Of a stretch of 64,000 nt of DNA, positions 1 through 10,064 are shown piece by piece (position 1 is the first letter of the stretch; the number at the start of each line of letters is the position of its first letter). The DNA is taken from assembly GCA_040289515.1 (NCBI GenBank), contig PSLI01000006.1, positions 2,729 to 66,728 on the forward strand, in the 5' to 3' direction. The notes under the pieces are model-generated. The model saw only the letters and a program-made list of their open reading frames with translations. It was not told the DNA's origin and searched no databases. Source of the DNA: Candidatus Sysuimicrobiota bacterium (GTDB lineage Bacteria; Sysuimicrobiota; Sysuimicrobiia; Sysuimicrobiales; Sysuimicrobiaceae). The position numbers and the translations under genes are program-made.

Positions 1-841
1 CTTCGCCTGTTACCTGGGGGCGGTGGCCCTGCTGGTGCTGGCGTCCGCCCGGCCCGTGGCGGCCATCCCGCTCCCCACCAACCAGGCGGCGGTGGTGGTG
101 TGCATCGACACCAGCAAGAGCATGGTGGCCGCCGACATCTCCCCGAGCCGGCTGGACGCTGCCAAGCGCATGGCCCGGGAGCTGGTGGTTTCCCTGCCCC
201 GGTCGCTACGGGTGGGCCTGGTTGCCTTCAGCGACTACGCGCAGGTCCTCGTGGCCCCCACCACGGACCGGCAGGAGGTACTGGAGGCGATCGAACGGCT
301 CCAGCCCCAGCAGGCCACCTCCATCGGTTCCGCCATTCTCACGGGGGTGCGGGCGCTGCCGGGCCGGGAGCGCGCGGGGGAGGACCTGCTGCGCCGACAG
401 CAGGGGCTGCTGCCCACGGTTCCGCCCAGCCCGCCGCCGGCTTCCGACCTTCCTCCGGCAGCCTTGGTGCTGTTCAGCGACGGGGTTTCCAACTTCGGGG
501 TGGACCCCATGGAGGCGGTGCAGGTGGCGCGCCAGTACCGGGTGCGGGTCCACACGGTTGGGGTGGGGACCCCCACAGGCCAGGTTCAAACAGTGGACGG
601 GCAGCTGGTGTTCATCCCCTTCGACCCCACGGGGCTGCAGCAGATCGCCCAGATGACGGGCGCACGGTACTTGTACCCGCCCACCGCGGAGGACGTCCGC
701 GCCATCGGCCGGGAGCTGGGCCGGGCCGTGGTCTGGCAGCGCCAGCGCACGGAGATCACGTCCCTGGTGGCTGCTATGGGCGGGGTCCTCATGCTGGCCG
801 GAGGGGCTCTTTCCCTCGTGTGGTTCCGGCGGGTACCGTAG
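1..841 (+). CDS. VWA domain membrane protein (BatA/Rv1481-like), 5' end probably outside window
   Basis: MIDAS motif DTSKSM, 'SRLDAAK', 'VGLVAFS', 'LFSDG', C-terminal TM helix; the frame is open to the window edge. Confidence 0.85.
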   Translation, partial: FACYLGAVALLVLASARPVAAIPLPTNQAAVVVCIDTSKSMVAADISPSRLDAAKRMARELVVSLPRSLRVGLVAFSDYAQVLVAPTTDRQEVLEAIERLQPQQATSIGSAILTGVRALPGRERAGEDLLRRQQGLLPTVPPSPPPASDLPPAALVLFSDGVSNFGVDPMEAVQVARQYRVRVHTVGVGTPTGQVQTVDGQLVFIPFDPTGLQQIAQMTGARYLYPPTAEDVRAIGRELGRAVVWQRQRTEITSLVAAMGGVLMLAGGALSLVWFRRVP

Positions 842-857
842 AAAGGGAGGGGAGGCC

Positions 858-1841
858 GTGGGGTACAGTTTCCTGTGGCCTGCGGCGTTGTGGGGGCTGG
901 GGCTGTTGCCGCTGCTCGCGTGGGTCTATGCCCGAGCGCTGCACGGCCGAAGCCGCCGGGCTCTGACCCACTCGCGGGTGCCGCTGCTCGCAGAGCCCGC
1001 GCGCACCTCGCGCCCGTGGCGGGGGCACCTGCCCGCGGGGGTGTTCGGGCTGGCTCTGGCGGCGGTGATCCTGGCTCTGGCACGTCCTGTGGCCCCGATG
1101 CCCGTGCCCGCGGCCCACGTGAACGTGGTGCTGGCCCTGGACGTGAGCCGCAGCATGCTGGCGGAGGACGTGAGGCCGAACCGGCTGGAGGCTACCAAGA
1201 CGGCCGCTGTGGAGTTCGTCCGGACCCTGCCTCGGAACGCGCGGGTCGGGCTGGTGTCCTTCAGTTCATACGCCACGCTGCTGGTACCGCCGACCGCGGA
1301 CCACGGGCGGGTGATCGAAGCCATCCGCGCCCTGGAGGCGGAGTTTGCCACCGCCATCGGGGACGGGCTGCTGGAGGCGGTGTGGGCCCTGCCCGGGCGG
1401 GTGCGGCCCAGCTCCCCCACCGCCCCGCCTCCTCCGCCCTCGGAACGCTTACCGCCGGGTGTGGTGGTCCTCATGTCGGACGGGCAGAGTAACCGGGGTA
1501 TCTCGCCCACCGAGGCGGCACGGGTGGCTCGGGATCAGCAGGTGAAGGTGTACACGGTGGGGGTGGGCACCCCCGAGGGGACGTTCCTGAACATCGGCGG
1601 CCGTCCCATCTGGGTGCGCTTGGACGAGGAGACCCTGCGGGAGGTGGCCGCCGTCACCGACGGGACCTACTTCCACGCCTCCTCTACGCACGAGCTGCGG
1701 CGGGTGTACCGGAACCTGGGGCGCACCATCGGGTGGGACCGCAAGCCCACCGAGGTGTCCTCCGTGGCCGCGGCGTCCGGTGCGGTGCTGCTGGTGGCTT
1801 CCCTGGCCATCTCCCTGCTCTGGTTGCACCGGGTGTCGTGA
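858..1841 (+). CDS. VWA domain membrane protein (BatA-like), tandem paralog
   Basis: N-terminal BatA-like TM segments, DVSRSM MIDAS, 'LMSDG', C-terminal TM helix; GGAGG RBS. Confidence 0.9.
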   Translation: MGYSFLWPAALWGLGLLPLLAWVYARALHGRSRRALTHSRVPLLAEPARTSRPWRGHLPAGVFGLALAAVILALARPVAPMPVPAAHVNVVLALDVSRSMLAEDVRPNRLEATKTAAVEFVRTLPRNARVGLVSFSSYATLLVPPTADHGRVIEAIRALEAEFATAIGDGLLEAVWALPGRVRPSSPTAPPPPPSERLPPGVVVLMSDGQSNRGISPTEAARVARDQQVKVYTVGVGTPEGTFLNIGGRPIWVRLDEETLREVAAVTDGTYFHASSTHELRRVYRNLGRTIGWDRKPTEVSSVAAASGAVLLVASLAISLLWLHRVS

Positions 1842-2845
1842 ACGCGACTCCCACCATGCGGGCCGCAGTTCTGCACGCGCCCGGCGGGCCCCTGGCCGTG
1901 GACGACCGGCCCATGCCCACCCCGGGTCCGGGCGAGGTCCTGGTGCGGGTGCACGCATGCGCGGTGTGCCGGACCGACCTGCACGTGCTGGACGGGGAGC
2001 TGCCCGACCCAAAACTGCCCCTGGTCCTGGGGCACCAGGTCGCAGGCGTGGTGGTGGCCCTGGCGGATGGGGTGGAGACCCTTGGGGAGGGCGAGCGCGT
2101 GGGGATCCCGTGGCTGGGCTGGACCTGCGGGCAGTGCCGGTACTGCCGCCGGGGTCTTGAGAACCTGTGTCCGCACGCGCAGTTCACCGGTTACGACCGG
2201 GACGGTGGGTTCGCGGAGTACGCGGTGGCCGACGCCCGCTACGCCTTCCGGCTGCCGGAGGCCTACGACGACCTGCACGCGGCACCGCTGCTGTGTGCGG
2301 GAGTGATCGGCTACCGGTGCCTGCGCATGGCGCAGGAAGCGGAGCGGCTGGGCCTGTACGGCTTTGGTGCCGCGGCGCACCTGATCACCCAGGTGGCCGT
2401 CTGGCAGGGGCGCCGGGTGTTCGCCTTCACCCGTCCCGGGGATGGCGAGGCCCAGGCTTTCGCCCGGGAGCTGGGGGCTTGCTGGGCGGGTGGCTCGGAC
2501 CAGCTGCCCCCCGAGCCCCTGGACGCGGCCATCGTGCTGGCCCCGGTGGGATCCTTGGTGGTGCAGGCCCTCCGTGCCACCGCGCCCGCCGGGGTGGTGG
2601 TGTGCGGCGGCATCCACATGAGCGACATCCCCTCGTTCCCCTACCGGCTGTTGTGGGAGGAGCGGGTGGTGCGGTCGGTCGCGAACCTCACGCGGCAGGA
2701 CGCGGAGGAGTTCCTGACCCTCGCACCTCGGGTCCCCGTGCGGGTGCGCGCGACACCGTATCCCTTGGAGGAGGTGAACCGGGCCCTGGAGGACCTGCGG
2801 GGCGGCCGCGTGGTCGGTAGCGCCGTGGTGATCCTGCAGCGCTAG
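1838..2845 (+). CDS. Zinc-dependent alcohol dehydrogenase (MDR family)
   Basis: CRTDLH, GHQ, structural Zn CGQCRYC...C, GLYGFGAA; GTG start overlaps the upstream stop (alternative ATG 1856). Confidence 0.92.
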   Translation: MNATPTMRAAVLHAPGGPLAVDDRPMPTPGPGEVLVRVHACAVCRTDLHVLDGELPDPKLPLVLGHQVAGVVVALADGVETLGEGERVGIPWLGWTCGQCRYCRRGLENLCPHAQFTGYDRDGGFAEYAVADARYAFRLPEAYDDLHAAPLLCAGVIGYRCLRMAQEAERLGLYGFGAAAHLITQVAVWQGRRVFAFTRPGDGEAQAFARELGACWAGGSDQLPPEPLDAAIVLAPVGSLVVQALRATAPAGVVVCGGIHMSDIPSFPYRLLWEERVVRSVANLTRQDAEEFLTLAPRVPVRVRATPYPLEEVNRALEDLRGGRVVGSAVVILQR

Positions 2846-2910
2846 ACACGGACGCTTCGCGGGGCCGGTTGCGTTACCCTGAAAAAGGGTGCGGGCGGGA
2901 GGTGGATGCG

Positions 2911-4098
2911 ATGGCGTACAACGACGTAGAGCGCGCCAGCCTGGCTGACCTGTTGCGGGCGGCGGACCCCGAACCTCTGCTGACGCTGAACGGTCCCGTG
3001 CTCAGCCTGCACCTAGACACGGACCCCACACGGCCGGAAAACCAGCGGGCTGAGCCGGCCTACCGCATCTGGGCCCGCCGGGCGTTGCAGACCCTGGCGG
3101 AGGGGCTTTCCAAGGAGGAGCGCCGCCGGCTCTCGGAGCGAACCGGCCGCGTGGACGAGCGGCTCCGCAGCCAGCGGCCGCGCGGACGCGGGCTCAGCCT
3201 GTACGCAGGGGACGGGGTGTGGCGGGAGTTCGTGTGGCCGGTGCCCGTGGAGAACCGGGCCCGGTACGGCGTGGTGGACGTGTGGCCGCTAGTGTGGCTG
3301 CAGCAGGTGTACGTGCCGTATGCGGTGCTGCTGGTGCACCGCGATCACGCGCGGCTGTTGGTAACCCACCTGGGCGAGGCCACGTTGGTGGAAGACGAGG
3401 AGTTCCACCTCGATACCCACCAGTGGCGGTTCACCGCGGGCAAGCCCCCCTCCTTCGCCAAGGGGATGGGGATGTCCAGCAGCCGCGGGGCGCAGCGGGA
3501 CGTGTACGACGCCCGGGTGGAGGACCACGTACGGCGCTTCTGGTCCAGGGTAGCCTCCGCGGCCGCACGGGCGCTGGAGGAGCTGGGGATCCAGCATCTG
3601 GTGGTGGGGGGGGGCCCGGAGACCACCGCGGCGGTGGTGGGCCTGCTGCCGGAGCCCGCGCGACGATCCGTGGTGGGCACGGTATCTGTGCCTCCCCTGG
3701 AGGACTGGCCGCACATCCGCGACCGGGTCCTCGAGGTGGCGCGAGAGGACCAACGGCGGCGGCAGGCGCAGCTGAGGGAGGCGTTGTTGGGCAATTCAGG
3801 CCCAGGGGGGTCGGTGCTGGATCTGGAAAGCACCCTGCAGGCCCTGGCACGGCACCAGGTGCTCACCGTGGCCGCGGACCGCGACCTGCAGGTGGGGGTG
3901 TGGGCGTGCATTGCTTGCCCGTTCGCCACCTCGCGGCCAGCAGACCGCTGCCCCACCTGCGGCCAGCCCGCCCGGGAGCTGGACGTCACGCAGGTGCTGC
4001 CCCTGCTGGCGCGCAGCAACCGCGCACCGCTGGTGCTGCTGTCGGACGGCACCCTGCGGCGGCACGGTGGGGTGGGGGCGTTGCTGCGGTTCTCGTGA
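2911..4098 (+). CDS. Bacterial archaeo-eukaryotic release factor (baeRF, aRF1/eRF1-like) family protein
   Basis: 'VLSLHLDTDP' N-domain, 'YAVLLVHRDHARL' M-domain start, 'LVVGG', C-domain with CxxC...CxxC ribbon and terminal 'GGVGALLRF' typical of aRF1/pelota folds. Confidence 0.8.
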   Translation: MAYNDVERASLADLLRAADPEPLLTLNGPVLSLHLDTDPTRPENQRAEPAYRIWARRALQTLAEGLSKEERRRLSERTGRVDERLRSQRPRGRGLSLYAGDGVWREFVWPVPVENRARYGVVDVWPLVWLQQVYVPYAVLLVHRDHARLLVTHLGEATLVEDEEFHLDTHQWRFTAGKPPSFAKGMGMSSSRGAQRDVYDARVEDHVRRFWSRVASAAARALEELGIQHLVVGGGPETTAAVVGLLPEPARRSVVGTVSVPPLEDWPHIRDRVLEVAREDQRRRQAQLREALLGNSGPGGSVLDLESTLQALARHQVLTVAADRDLQVGVWACIACPFATSRPADRCPTCGQPARELDVTQVLPLLARSNRAPLVLLSDGTLRRHGGVGALLRFS

Positions 4099-4107
4099 GG
4101 GGACACG

Positions 4108-5121
4108 ATGCTGCTGGCGTCCCGAGACATCCCGGTGGAGGTGCACGGCAACGGGCGGTTCGTGGTGCTGGAGCGGGATTTCACGCCCGCGTACCTGCGC
4201 ACCTACGAGGAAGGCCGGCTGCGGGAAAAGGTGGAGGAGGCCCTGGAGGCCTTGCGGGACTGCACCCTCTGCCCCCGGGACTGCCACGTGGACCGGCTGG
4301 CCAACCGCTTCGCGGTGTGCCGGGTGGGCCGCTACGCGCGAGTGTCGTCCTTCTTTCCCCACTTCGGGGAGGAGGACGTGCTGCGGGGGTGGGCCGGCTC
4401 CGGTACCATCTTTTTCGCCTGGTGCAACCTGCGGTGCGTGTTTTGTCAGAACTACGAGACCAGCCAGATGGGGGAAGGCGTGGAGGTGGGCCCCCGGGAG
4501 CTGGCGGCTATGATGCTCCGGCTGCAGGAGCTGGGCTGCCACAACATCAACTTCGTCACCCCCGAGCATGTGGTCCCGCAGATCCTGGAGGCGCTGCCCC
4601 ACGCCATCGAGGGCGGGCTTCGGCTGCCCCTGGTGTACAACACCAGCAGCTACGACAGCCTGCACAGCATCCGCCTCCTGGACGGGGTGGTGGACGTGTA
4701 CATGCCGGACTTCAAGCTGTGGGGGCGGGAGCACGCCCGCAAGTACCTGCTGGCCCCCGACTACCCCGAGGTGGCGCGCCAGGTGATCCGGGCCATGCAT
4801 GAGCAGGTGGGGGTGCTGAAGGTGAACGAGGACGGGCTGGCCCGCCGCGGGGTGCTGGTGCGGCACCTGGTCATGCCGGAGCTGCTGGAGGACACCCGGC
4901 AGATCCTGCGGTGGCTGGCGGAGCTGTCCCCGGACACGTACCTCAACGTCATGGATCAGTACCGGCCGGCCTGGAAAGCCCGCACGGAACCCAAGTACGC
5001 GGAGATCAACCGGCCCATCACCCGCCGCGAGTACCAGCAGGCGCTGGCGTACGCGCGGGAGGTGGGCTTGTGGCGGCTGGACTCCCGCTGGCGGCGGGAT
5101 CCGCACATGATACTATGGTGA
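4108..5121 (+). CDS. Radical SAM protein, PflX-like
   Basis: CNLRCVFCQN radical SAM motif, N-terminal CTLCPRDC, 'HNINFVTP', 'YMPDFK', 'RHLVMP'. Confidence 0.9.
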   Translation: MLLASRDIPVEVHGNGRFVVLERDFTPAYLRTYEEGRLREKVEEALEALRDCTLCPRDCHVDRLANRFAVCRVGRYARVSSFFPHFGEEDVLRGWAGSGTIFFAWCNLRCVFCQNYETSQMGEGVEVGPRELAAMMLRLQELGCHNINFVTPEHVVPQILEALPHAIEGGLRLPLVYNTSSYDSLHSIRLLDGVVDVYMPDFKLWGREHARKYLLAPDYPEVARQVIRAMHEQVGVLKVNEDGLARRGVLVRHLVMPELLEDTRQILRWLAELSPDTYLNVMDQYRPAWKARTEPKYAEINRPITRREYQQALAYAREVGLWRLDSRWRRDPHMILW

Positions 5122-5137
5122 AAAGGGGGGATGGAGG

Positions 5138-7621
5138 ATGCCGAAGGATCTGCAGGTCGGCAGCCGGAAGGCCTGCGGGTGGCTCGTTGTGGCTCTGGCG
5201 CTCCTCGCACCACCCGCGGGTGCGCAGGCGGTGCGGGTGGGCGCTTGGGTGGACGCGGTGGTGGCGGTCGAAGAACCCAGCGACGCCGCCGCGGTGCGGC
5301 GGCTGGAGGCCCAGGACCTGCACGCGTGGTTTTCCTCCACCGCCAACCCGGAGATCGCCAACCGGGTGCGGGAGTCCCGGACGCTGCGCTTTACCACCTC
5401 CCTGGGCCTGGTGAACGAGCTGACGTTTAACCCCGTCGGGCCCGTGTTCCCTGGCACCGACCGCCTGAACCCCTTTGCGGTGGGCCGGATCCGCGAGGCC
5501 CTGAACTGGCTGGTTGACCGGCGTCACATCGCGCAGGAGATCATGGGCGGCATGGGCGTGCCCCGGTGGCTGCCCATCAACACCGCCTTCCCGGACTACG
5601 CGCGCCTGGCAGACGTGGCCCGGCGCCTGGAGATCCGCTACCGCCACAACCCCGAGCGCGCCCGGTCGGTAATCACCGAAGAGATGCAGAAGCTGGGGGC
5701 GACCCTGGTGGGTGGCCGCTGGCAGTTCCGGGGCCGCCCCGTCACGATCACCTTCCTCATCCGGGTGGAGGATGAGCGCCGGCAGATCGGGGACTACGTG
5801 GCCAGCCTGCTGGAACAGGTGGGGTTCGAGGTGGAACGGCGGTACGGCCGGGCCGCGGACCTCAACCCCCTGTGGATTGTGCAGGACCCCGCGGAGGGCC
5901 GCTGGCACATCTACACGGGCGGGTGGATCTCCACCGTCATTAGCCGCGACCAGGCGGGCAACTTCGACTTCTTCTACACCAAGCGAGGCCTGGCCCGGCC
6001 CCTGTGGCAGGCCTACCGACCCAGCCCGGAGTTCGACCGGCTGAGCGACCGCCTGGGCAAGCGGGACTTCCGCAGCGTGCAGGAGCGCAACCGCCTCATG
6101 GCCCGCGCCCTGGAGCTGGCCCTGCAGGACTCCGTACGGGTGTGGCTGGTGGAGCGGCAAGCCGTGTGGCCCTGGCGGGCGGAGCTGGAGTTGGTCTCCG
6201 ACTTGGCCGGAGGGCTGTCAGGCTCTTTTCTGTGGCCGTACACGGTGCGCCTGCGGGGCCGGAGCGGGGGGGCGGTGCGCATCGGGCTGCCCAGCATCCT
6301 GCCCGAGCCGTGGAACCCCATCGGGGGCTCCAACTGGATTTTCGACACCACCCTGTACCGGGCCACCCAGGACTACCCCTTGATCCCCAACCCCCACACG
6401 GGGTTGCCGGAGCCCCAGCGGATCGAGCGGGTGGAGATCACCGTGAAGCAAGGGCTGCCCGTGACGAAGAGCTCCGACTGGGTGACCCTTCGTTTCGCCC
6501 CCACCATCCGCGTCCCCGAGGACGCCATCATCGGGTGGGACAGCCGGGCCCAGCGGTTCGTCAAGGTGCGGGAGAAGCACCCCCAGGGTCTGGAGGCCCT
6601 GGTGAAGAGCACCGTCACCTTCGAGCGGGACCTGTTCCGTAAGGTGCAGTGGCACGACGGCAACCGGCTGAGCCTGGGGGACATCCTCCTGGGATGGATC
6701 CTCACCTTCGAGCGGGCGGACGAGCACAGCCCCCTGTTTGACCGGTCGTACCTGCCCACCTTCCAGTCCTTCGTGGAGACCTTCCGCGGCTTCCGGATCG
6801 TAAGCGAGGATCCCCTGGTGGTGGAGTACTACACCACCTCGTGGACCATGGACGCGGAGCTCATGACCGCCGCGGGCAGTTTCTGGCCCCTGTACGGGTT
6901 TGGTCCGGGCCCGTGGCACACCGTGGCCCTGGGGATCCGCGCGGAGGCCGCGGGACGAGCCGCCTTCACCGCGGCGAAGGCCACGGAGAAAAAGGTGGAG
7001 CGGCTGAACTACGTGGCGGGCCCCACCCTGGCCATCCTGGACCGGGAGCTGGACGCCGCCCGTGCGGAGAACTACATCCCCTTCGAGCGCGCCCTCACAC
7101 GGTGGATCAAGCCCGAGGAGGCTCGGCAGCGGTGGCGGCTGCTTGCCGCATGGCGTTCCGGCCGCGGTCACTACTGGGTGGGCATGGGCCCGTTTCTCCT
7201 GCAGCGGGTCTCGCCCGTGGAGAAGATCGTGGAGCTGCGCAGGTTCGGCCGGTTCCCGGACCCGGCCACCAAGTGGCTGCGGTTCGGCGCACCGCGCCTG
7301 GCCTCCGTGAGCGTGGTGGGCCCGCGTCAAGTGCGGGCGGGCAGCGAGGCGGTGTTCGAGCTGCGGATCACCGAAGACGGCCGACCCTACCCTCCCCAGG
7401 ATCTCCAGGAGGTGAAGTACCTGCTGTTCGACGCCCGCGAGGAGCTCGTCCTGCAGGGGCGGGTGCAGCCCTCCCGGGAGGGGTGGCGGGTGGTGCTGAG
7501 CCCGGAGGTGACCGCGCGCCTGCGGCCCGGTTCGAACCGGCTTGAGGTGGTGGTGGTCTCCAAGGCGGTGAGCATTCCCAGCTTCGGATCGGCCACCTTC
7601 ACCTCTTTGCCCGGCCGGTGA
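5138..7621 (+). CDS. Large family-5 (Opp/Dpp) ABC substrate-binding protein with C-terminal Ig-like domain
   Basis: Signal peptide, 'NPFAVGRIREALNWLVDR', 'WHDG..SLGD', 'GMGPF'; heads the permease/ATPase operon. Confidence 0.85.
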   Translation: MPKDLQVGSRKACGWLVVALALLAPPAGAQAVRVGAWVDAVVAVEEPSDAAAVRRLEAQDLHAWFSSTANPEIANRVRESRTLRFTTSLGLVNELTFNPVGPVFPGTDRLNPFAVGRIREALNWLVDRRHIAQEIMGGMGVPRWLPINTAFPDYARLADVARRLEIRYRHNPERARSVITEEMQKLGATLVGGRWQFRGRPVTITFLIRVEDERRQIGDYVASLLEQVGFEVERRYGRAADLNPLWIVQDPAEGRWHIYTGGWISTVISRDQAGNFDFFYTKRGLARPLWQAYRPSPEFDRLSDRLGKRDFRSVQERNRLMARALELALQDSVRVWLVERQAVWPWRAELELVSDLAGGLSGSFLWPYTVRLRGRSGGAVRIGLPSILPEPWNPIGGSNWIFDTTLYRATQDYPLIPNPHTGLPEPQRIERVEITVKQGLPVTKSSDWVTLRFAPTIRVPEDAIIGWDSRAQRFVKVREKHPQGLEALVKSTVTFERDLFRKVQWHDGNRLSLGDILLGWILTFERADEHSPLFDRSYLPTFQSFVETFRGFRIVSEDPLVVEYYTTSWTMDAELMTAAGSFWPLYGFGPGPWHTVALGIRAEAAGRAAFTAAKATEKKVERLNYVAGPTLAILDRELDAARAENYIPFERALTRWIKPEEARQRWRLLAAWRSGRGHYWVGMGPFLLQRVSPVEKIVELRRFGRFPDPATKWLRFGAPRLASVSVVGPRQVRAGSEAVFELRITEDGRPYPPQDLQEVKYLLFDAREELVLQGRVQPSREGWRVVLSPEVTARLRPGSNRLEVVVVSKAVSIPSFGSATFTSLPGR

Positions 7622-7628
7622 GCCTCCT

Positions 7629-8744
7629 GTGGCCCCCGCGGTGGCGGGGAGGGTGTCCCGGGCCCACCAGCACCCCGCGGTGCGGGTGCTGCTGTATGCT
7701 CTCAGCCGCTTGCTTGCCCTGGGAGCCGCGGTGGTGGTGGGCGTGTACCTCACCATCCTGGTGGCCAACATGGGTGGCTACGTGGACCAGATCAAGCGGG
7801 CGGAGATTCGAGAGCAGGTGGCGTTGTCCGTGTCCGTCAACGAGCAGATGCGGCAGCTTCCCTCGGAGGTACGGGAGCGTCTGATCGAGGAGATGATCCG
7901 CAACGAGGAGCACCGTCTGGGGCTGGACCGTCCCTTCCTGGCCCGCTCCGTGAGCTACCTGAAGGACGCGCTCCTGCTCCGGCTGGGGTTCGCGGAGCGC
8001 ATGACCAGCGACGTGGGCTCGCGCCTGGTTCGGCAGATCATCCTGGACCGGCTGCCCGCCACCCTCCTGCTGTTTTTGAGCGCCCAGCTGTTGCTGTTCT
8101 TTACCTCCGTGGCCGCGGCCCTGGCTCTGTCGCGCCGCTACGGCAGCCTCCCAGACCGCCTGGTGGTGGCCCTGGCACCCACCTCCGCGGCTCCCGCGTG
8201 GTTCTACGGCATCTTCCTCATCCTGATCTTCGCCGCGGGGTTGCGCTGGCTACCCTTCGGGGGCATGGTGGACGCCCCGCCCCCGGAGGGCAAGCTGGCC
8301 TACGCCCTCAGCGTCCTGCGTCACATAGTGCTGCCCCTGGCCAGCCTCACCCTGAGCTCCATCTTCCTGTCCGTGTACGCGTGGCGGACGTTCTTTTTGA
8401 TCTTCAGCAGCGAGGACTACGTGGAGCTCGCCCGGGCCAAGGGCCTCCCGGGTCGCCTGGTGGAGCGGCGGTACATCCTGCGGCCGGCCCTACCCACCCT
8501 GGTGACCTCCTTCGCCCTGGGGCTCATCGGCGCCTGGACCGGGGCCATCGTGCTGGAGACGGTGTTCAACTGGCCGGGGCTGGGCCGGGCCCTGTACCAG
8601 GCGGTGGCCCTGTATGACACCCCCGTGATCGTGGGCAGCACCATCCTGTACGCATACCTGCTGGCCGCCACGGTGTTCGCCCTGGACATCGTGTATGCGG
8701 TGGTGGACCCGCGGGTCAAGGTGGGTCTGGAGGCCGACCGGTGA
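7629..8744 (+). CDS. ABC permease OppB-like
   Basis: 'EDYVELARAKG', 'ETVFNWPGLG', 'DIVYAVVDPRV'. Confidence 0.92.
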   Translation: MAPAVAGRVSRAHQHPAVRVLLYALSRLLALGAAVVVGVYLTILVANMGGYVDQIKRAEIREQVALSVSVNEQMRQLPSEVRERLIEEMIRNEEHRLGLDRPFLARSVSYLKDALLLRLGFAERMTSDVGSRLVRQIILDRLPATLLLFLSAQLLLFFTSVAAALALSRRYGSLPDRLVVALAPTSAAPAWFYGIFLILIFAAGLRWLPFGGMVDAPPPEGKLAYALSVLRHIVLPLASLTLSSIFLSVYAWRTFFLIFSSEDYVELARAKGLPGRLVERRYILRPALPTLVTSFALGLIGAWTGAIVLETVFNWPGLGRALYQAVALYDTPVIVGSTILYAYLLAATVFALDIVYAVVDPRVKVGLEADR

Positions 8745-10063
8745 CGGCGAACCTGCGGGAACTGTTCCGCTACCCCTCCGCGGTGGCCGGCCTCGCCATC
8801 CTGGCACTGCTGGTGGCCCTGTCGGTGTACGCGGTGGTGGCCATCCCGTACCGGGAGGCCATCCGGCTGTGGAGCGTGGGAGAGGCCGCCTGGCCGCGAA
8901 ACCCGCGCTACGCGCGGCCGGAGTGGCTGAACTGGCTGGCGGGAGGACGGCTGCCCCGCACCCTGGTGGTACGGGGCCCGCAGGGCTCCGCCACGGAACG
9001 TTCCCTGGGCAGCGGGGTGCGAGAGCTGCAGTTCGAGCTTTCCTTCCGCTATCCGTACGATCGGTTCCCCACGGAGCTGGCGGTGTTCGTGGACGCCCAA
9101 TACCGGGAGCAGGCACCGCACCTGGAACTCGCCTGGCGGACGCCCGCAGGCTCGGAGGTCAGCCTTGCCGACTTCAGCCCGAGGCGCCGGGATGTCTACC
9201 GCATGTCTGCGGACGCAGATTTGCGGGCGAGGCTGGGGGGTGCGCCCGAGGTGGTGCTGTTTGCCGCCCCGGAACGGCCCAGGCAGGCATCTCCGGGTCG
9301 CCACGCCCTGCGGGTGCGCGCGTTTCTGTTCGAGCCGGGCTCCTCGGTGCAGGTGGAGCTGGTGGTGTACGGTGAGGTGCACGGGCTGGCCGGCACCGAC
9401 CACCTGCGCCGCGACCTCACCCTGCCCCTGCTGTGGGGAACACCCATCGCCCTGGCCTTCGGGCTGCTGGCGGCCGTGGGCTCCTCGGTCAGCTCCCTGG
9501 TGATCGCCGCGGTGGGCGCCTGGTACGGAGGGTGGGTGGACGGCCTCATCCAGCGCATCACGGAGGTCAACCTGATTCTGCCGGGGCTGCCCATCCTCAT
9601 CATGATCGGCACCCTGTACTCCCGGAGCCTGTGGGTCATCCTGGGAGCGGTGGTGCTTTTGGGGATCTTCGGGGGTGGCGTGAAGACGTACCGGGCCCTG
9701 TTTCTGCAAGTGAGGGAGGCGCCGTACGTGGAGGCCGCGCGGGCGTACGGGGTGCGCGACCTGCGGATGGTGGCCATCTACCTGGTGCCGCGCGCCGTTC
9801 CCGTGTTGCTGCCGCAGTTTGTGACCCTGATTCCCGGGTTTGTGTTCCTGGAGGCCACCCTGGCCCTGCTGGGCCTGGGCGATCCCGTGCTGCCCACGTG
9901 GGGGAAGGTGATCGAGGACGCCCAGCGCGCCGGAGCCCTGTACGTGGGGCACGCGTACTGGGTGCTGGAGCCGGCTTTTCTGCTCATGCTGAGCGGGCTG
10001 GCCTTCACCCTGCTCGGGTTCGCCCTGGACCGGGTGTTCAACCCCCGGTTGAGGGAGCTGTAA
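8741..10063 (+). CDS. ABC permease OppC-like with large extracytoplasmic insertion
   Basis: 'GTDHLRRD', 'YVEAARAYG', 'LGLGDP..PTWG', 'FNPRLR'. Confidence 0.9.
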   Translation: MTANLRELFRYPSAVAGLAILALLVALSVYAVVAIPYREAIRLWSVGEAAWPRNPRYARPEWLNWLAGGRLPRTLVVRGPQGSATERSLGSGVRELQFELSFRYPYDRFPTELAVFVDAQYREQAPHLELAWRTPAGSEVSLADFSPRRRDVYRMSADADLRARLGGAPEVVLFAAPERPRQASPGRHALRVRAFLFEPGSSVQVELVVYGEVHGLAGTDHLRRDLTLPLLWGTPIALAFGLLAAVGSSVSSLVIAAVGAWYGGWVDGLIQRITEVNLILPGLPILIMIGTLYSRSLWVILGAVVLLGIFGGGVKTYRALFLQVREAPYVEAARAYGVRDLRMVAIYLVPRAVPVLLPQFVTLIPGFVFLEATLALLGLGDPVLPTWGKVIEDAQRAGALYVGHAYWVLEPAFLLMLSGLAFTLLGFALDRVFNPRLREL

Positions 10064-10064
10064 G

